From NCBI GenBank assembly GCA_963737265.1, contig CAVTRY010000021.1:192001-256000 (forward strand): a DNA stretch of 64,000 nt. The letters are read 5' to 3'. This stretch comes from an uncultured delta proteobacterium. GTDB lineage: Bacteria; Myxococcota_A; Polyangia; Fen-1088. A model generated the notes under the pieces. The model did not search any database and was not told the DNA's origin. It saw only the letters and a list, made by a program, of their open reading frames with translations. Of this stretch, positions 62,649 to 64,000 are shown piece after piece. A program made the position numbers and the translations under genes. Position 1 is the stretch's first letter. Each line of letters begins with the position of its first letter.

Positions 62649-64000
62649 CTAGCGTCCTGTAAGAGAAGAGGCTTGTGCAGGGAAGTGCATCGTCAGTCGG
62701 CTTCCGCGGCCCAGCGTGGAAGACAGTCTGACGTCGCCGCCCAGTTCGTGGGCGATGGCGCGGATGGCGTCCATGCCAACGCCTCGGCCCGACACGGAGG
62801 AAACGTTTGCTGCCGTCGAGAAGCCCGGTAGGAATAGCAGCTCGTGGACCTCGTCAGCCGACATCGCCGCCGCCCGCTCGGCGTCGATGAGACCGCGCTT
62901 GAGCGCGATTTCCTTCACGCGCGTCGTGTCGACGCCGCGACCATCGTCTTCGACGGCAAGGTCGATCCAGCCCTGGCGCGCTTGCCCAGAGATGCTGATG
63001 CGACCGCGTGGCGCCTTGCCTGAGCTCATGCGGACGTCCGAGGGTTCGAGCCCGTGGTCGACTGCATTGCGAACTGCATGCACGACTGCACTGCGGATCT
63101 TTTGCATGGCCTTTGAGTCCAAGAACAGGTCGAGATCTGCCAGAGAGACCTCTTCGAGTGGTTTGCCGCGTTCGCTGGCCAAATCGCATGCGGTGGAGGC
63201 TACGGGGGCGAGGATGTCACCCAGCGACGACGTGGTGAGGTGGACCACCGCCTTCTCGAGCTCCTGGAGCGTGGGCAGGATCGCCTGGCGATCTTCATGC
63301 GCGAGAGCAACGGCTTGTCGAAGTCCGCGAAGCGAGTCGCGCAGGACGGTGATGCGTCCTTCCAGTACACGTTGAACAGGCTGACCTGTCTTGGCACCGC
63401 GCACGGCAGGAAGGACGATGTGAAAGTGACGAACATCCTCGATTAGATAAATGCGGCACGACGTCGGCAATGAGCGTGCGTAGGCCGTCAAGTGGTTCAA
63501 GCCCGCCTGGGTTGCAGCGGCCAGCCAGCTCTCAAGCTCGTGCTCGCCTCTGTCAGCGGTGTCGGGCAAGACCAGCAACAAGTGCTCGGCAGCCTCGTTG
63601 CCGCGGATCTCGCGGCGAATATTCTCGTAGGAATCAAGATGTTGGCGCAAGGCGCCTGCGACGCCTGGGCCATTTTGGGGAAGGGTCTTGGCCAACGACT
63701 CGAACGTCTCTTGTACCACACGGAAGCGGTGTCGACGCGCGCAAGCGATGGTTGCTGTCACCAGGCCAGCGACCTGGCCCGGGTCTGCGGAACCGAGGCG
63801 ATCGACGAGCTCTCCGGCATCGTTATGGAAGCGTCCAAGGAGGTCGATCTCCAATTCCGGGCGCGATTTCATCTCGACCAGATTGCGTGCATCGATCATC
63901 CAGGTCTCCAAGGCATCGAGGACGGCCCGTGGTTCCAGCCCTTCCTTTGTCATGCGTCGATGATAGTCGGTCGCAAGGTTCGCGAGCGTGGGCAAGCCGA
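62649..64000 (-). CDS. CheA-like histidine kinase (HATPase domain, no C-terminal CheW); 5' end outside window
   Basis: 'HAVRNAVDHGLE', 'EDDGRG', 'FLPGFSTA', 'GRGVGMD'. Confidence 0.8.
   Translation of the reverse strand, partial: GLPTLANLATDYHRRMTKEGLEPRAVLDALETWMIDARNLVEMKSRPELEIDLLGRFHNDAGELVDRLGSADPGQVAGLVTATIACARRHRFRVVQETFESLAKTLPQNGPGVAGALRQHLDSYENIRREIRGNEAAEHLLLVLPDTADRGEHELESWLAAATQAGLNHLTAYARSLPTSCRIYLIEDVRHFHIVLPAVRGAKTGQPVQRVLEGRITVLRDSLRGLRQAVALAHEDRQAILPTLQELEKAVVHLTTSSLGDILAPVASTACDLASERGKPLEEVSLADLDLFLDSKAMQKIRSAVVHAVRNAVDHGLEPSDVRMSSGKAPRGRISISGQARQGWIDLAVEDDGRGVDTTRVKEIALKRGLIDAERAAAMSADEVHELLFLPGFSTAANVSSVSGRGVGMDAIRAIAHELGGDVRLSSTLGRGSRLTMHFPAQASSLTGR

Overview
High-GC chromosomal segment, most consistent with a Myxococcota/Polyangia-like deltaproteobacterium (inferred from gene content: STAND-HEAT, FHA, Ser/Thr kinase, Oar-like TonB receptor, Cys-rich lipoproteins). 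Most of it is housekeeping: leuA, rny, recN, NAD kinase, rpsU-prmA-rsmE, ffh, lgt, dnaK, ribF, copA, rph-rdgB, gltBD, pheA, fabI. There are two small accessory islets. (i) At ~7.4-8.4 kb, an IS110 remnant plus a Phd/VapC toxin-antitoxin pair bounded by integron attC-like sites, with no integrase in the window. (ii) At ~14.65-17.0 kb, an integrase-free islet bounded by a ~105-bp duplication of the junction between two convergent genes; it carries a VapBC pair and an unknown helical 229-aa protein followed by a non-coding array of 43-bp hairpin repeats, which is the best candidate for an undescribed system. Other notable signals: an unannotated Leu-rich leader-peptide attenuator upstream of leuA, a GlnR-like regulator divergent from gltBD with 11-bp-periodic boxes, many leaderless-type promoters, an IPC-synthase-like/GT-C/YfhO membrane cluster, several gene relics, and single-base frameshifts in ffh and copA (probably sequencing errors). 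All calls come from reading motifs by eye; no database searches were run.
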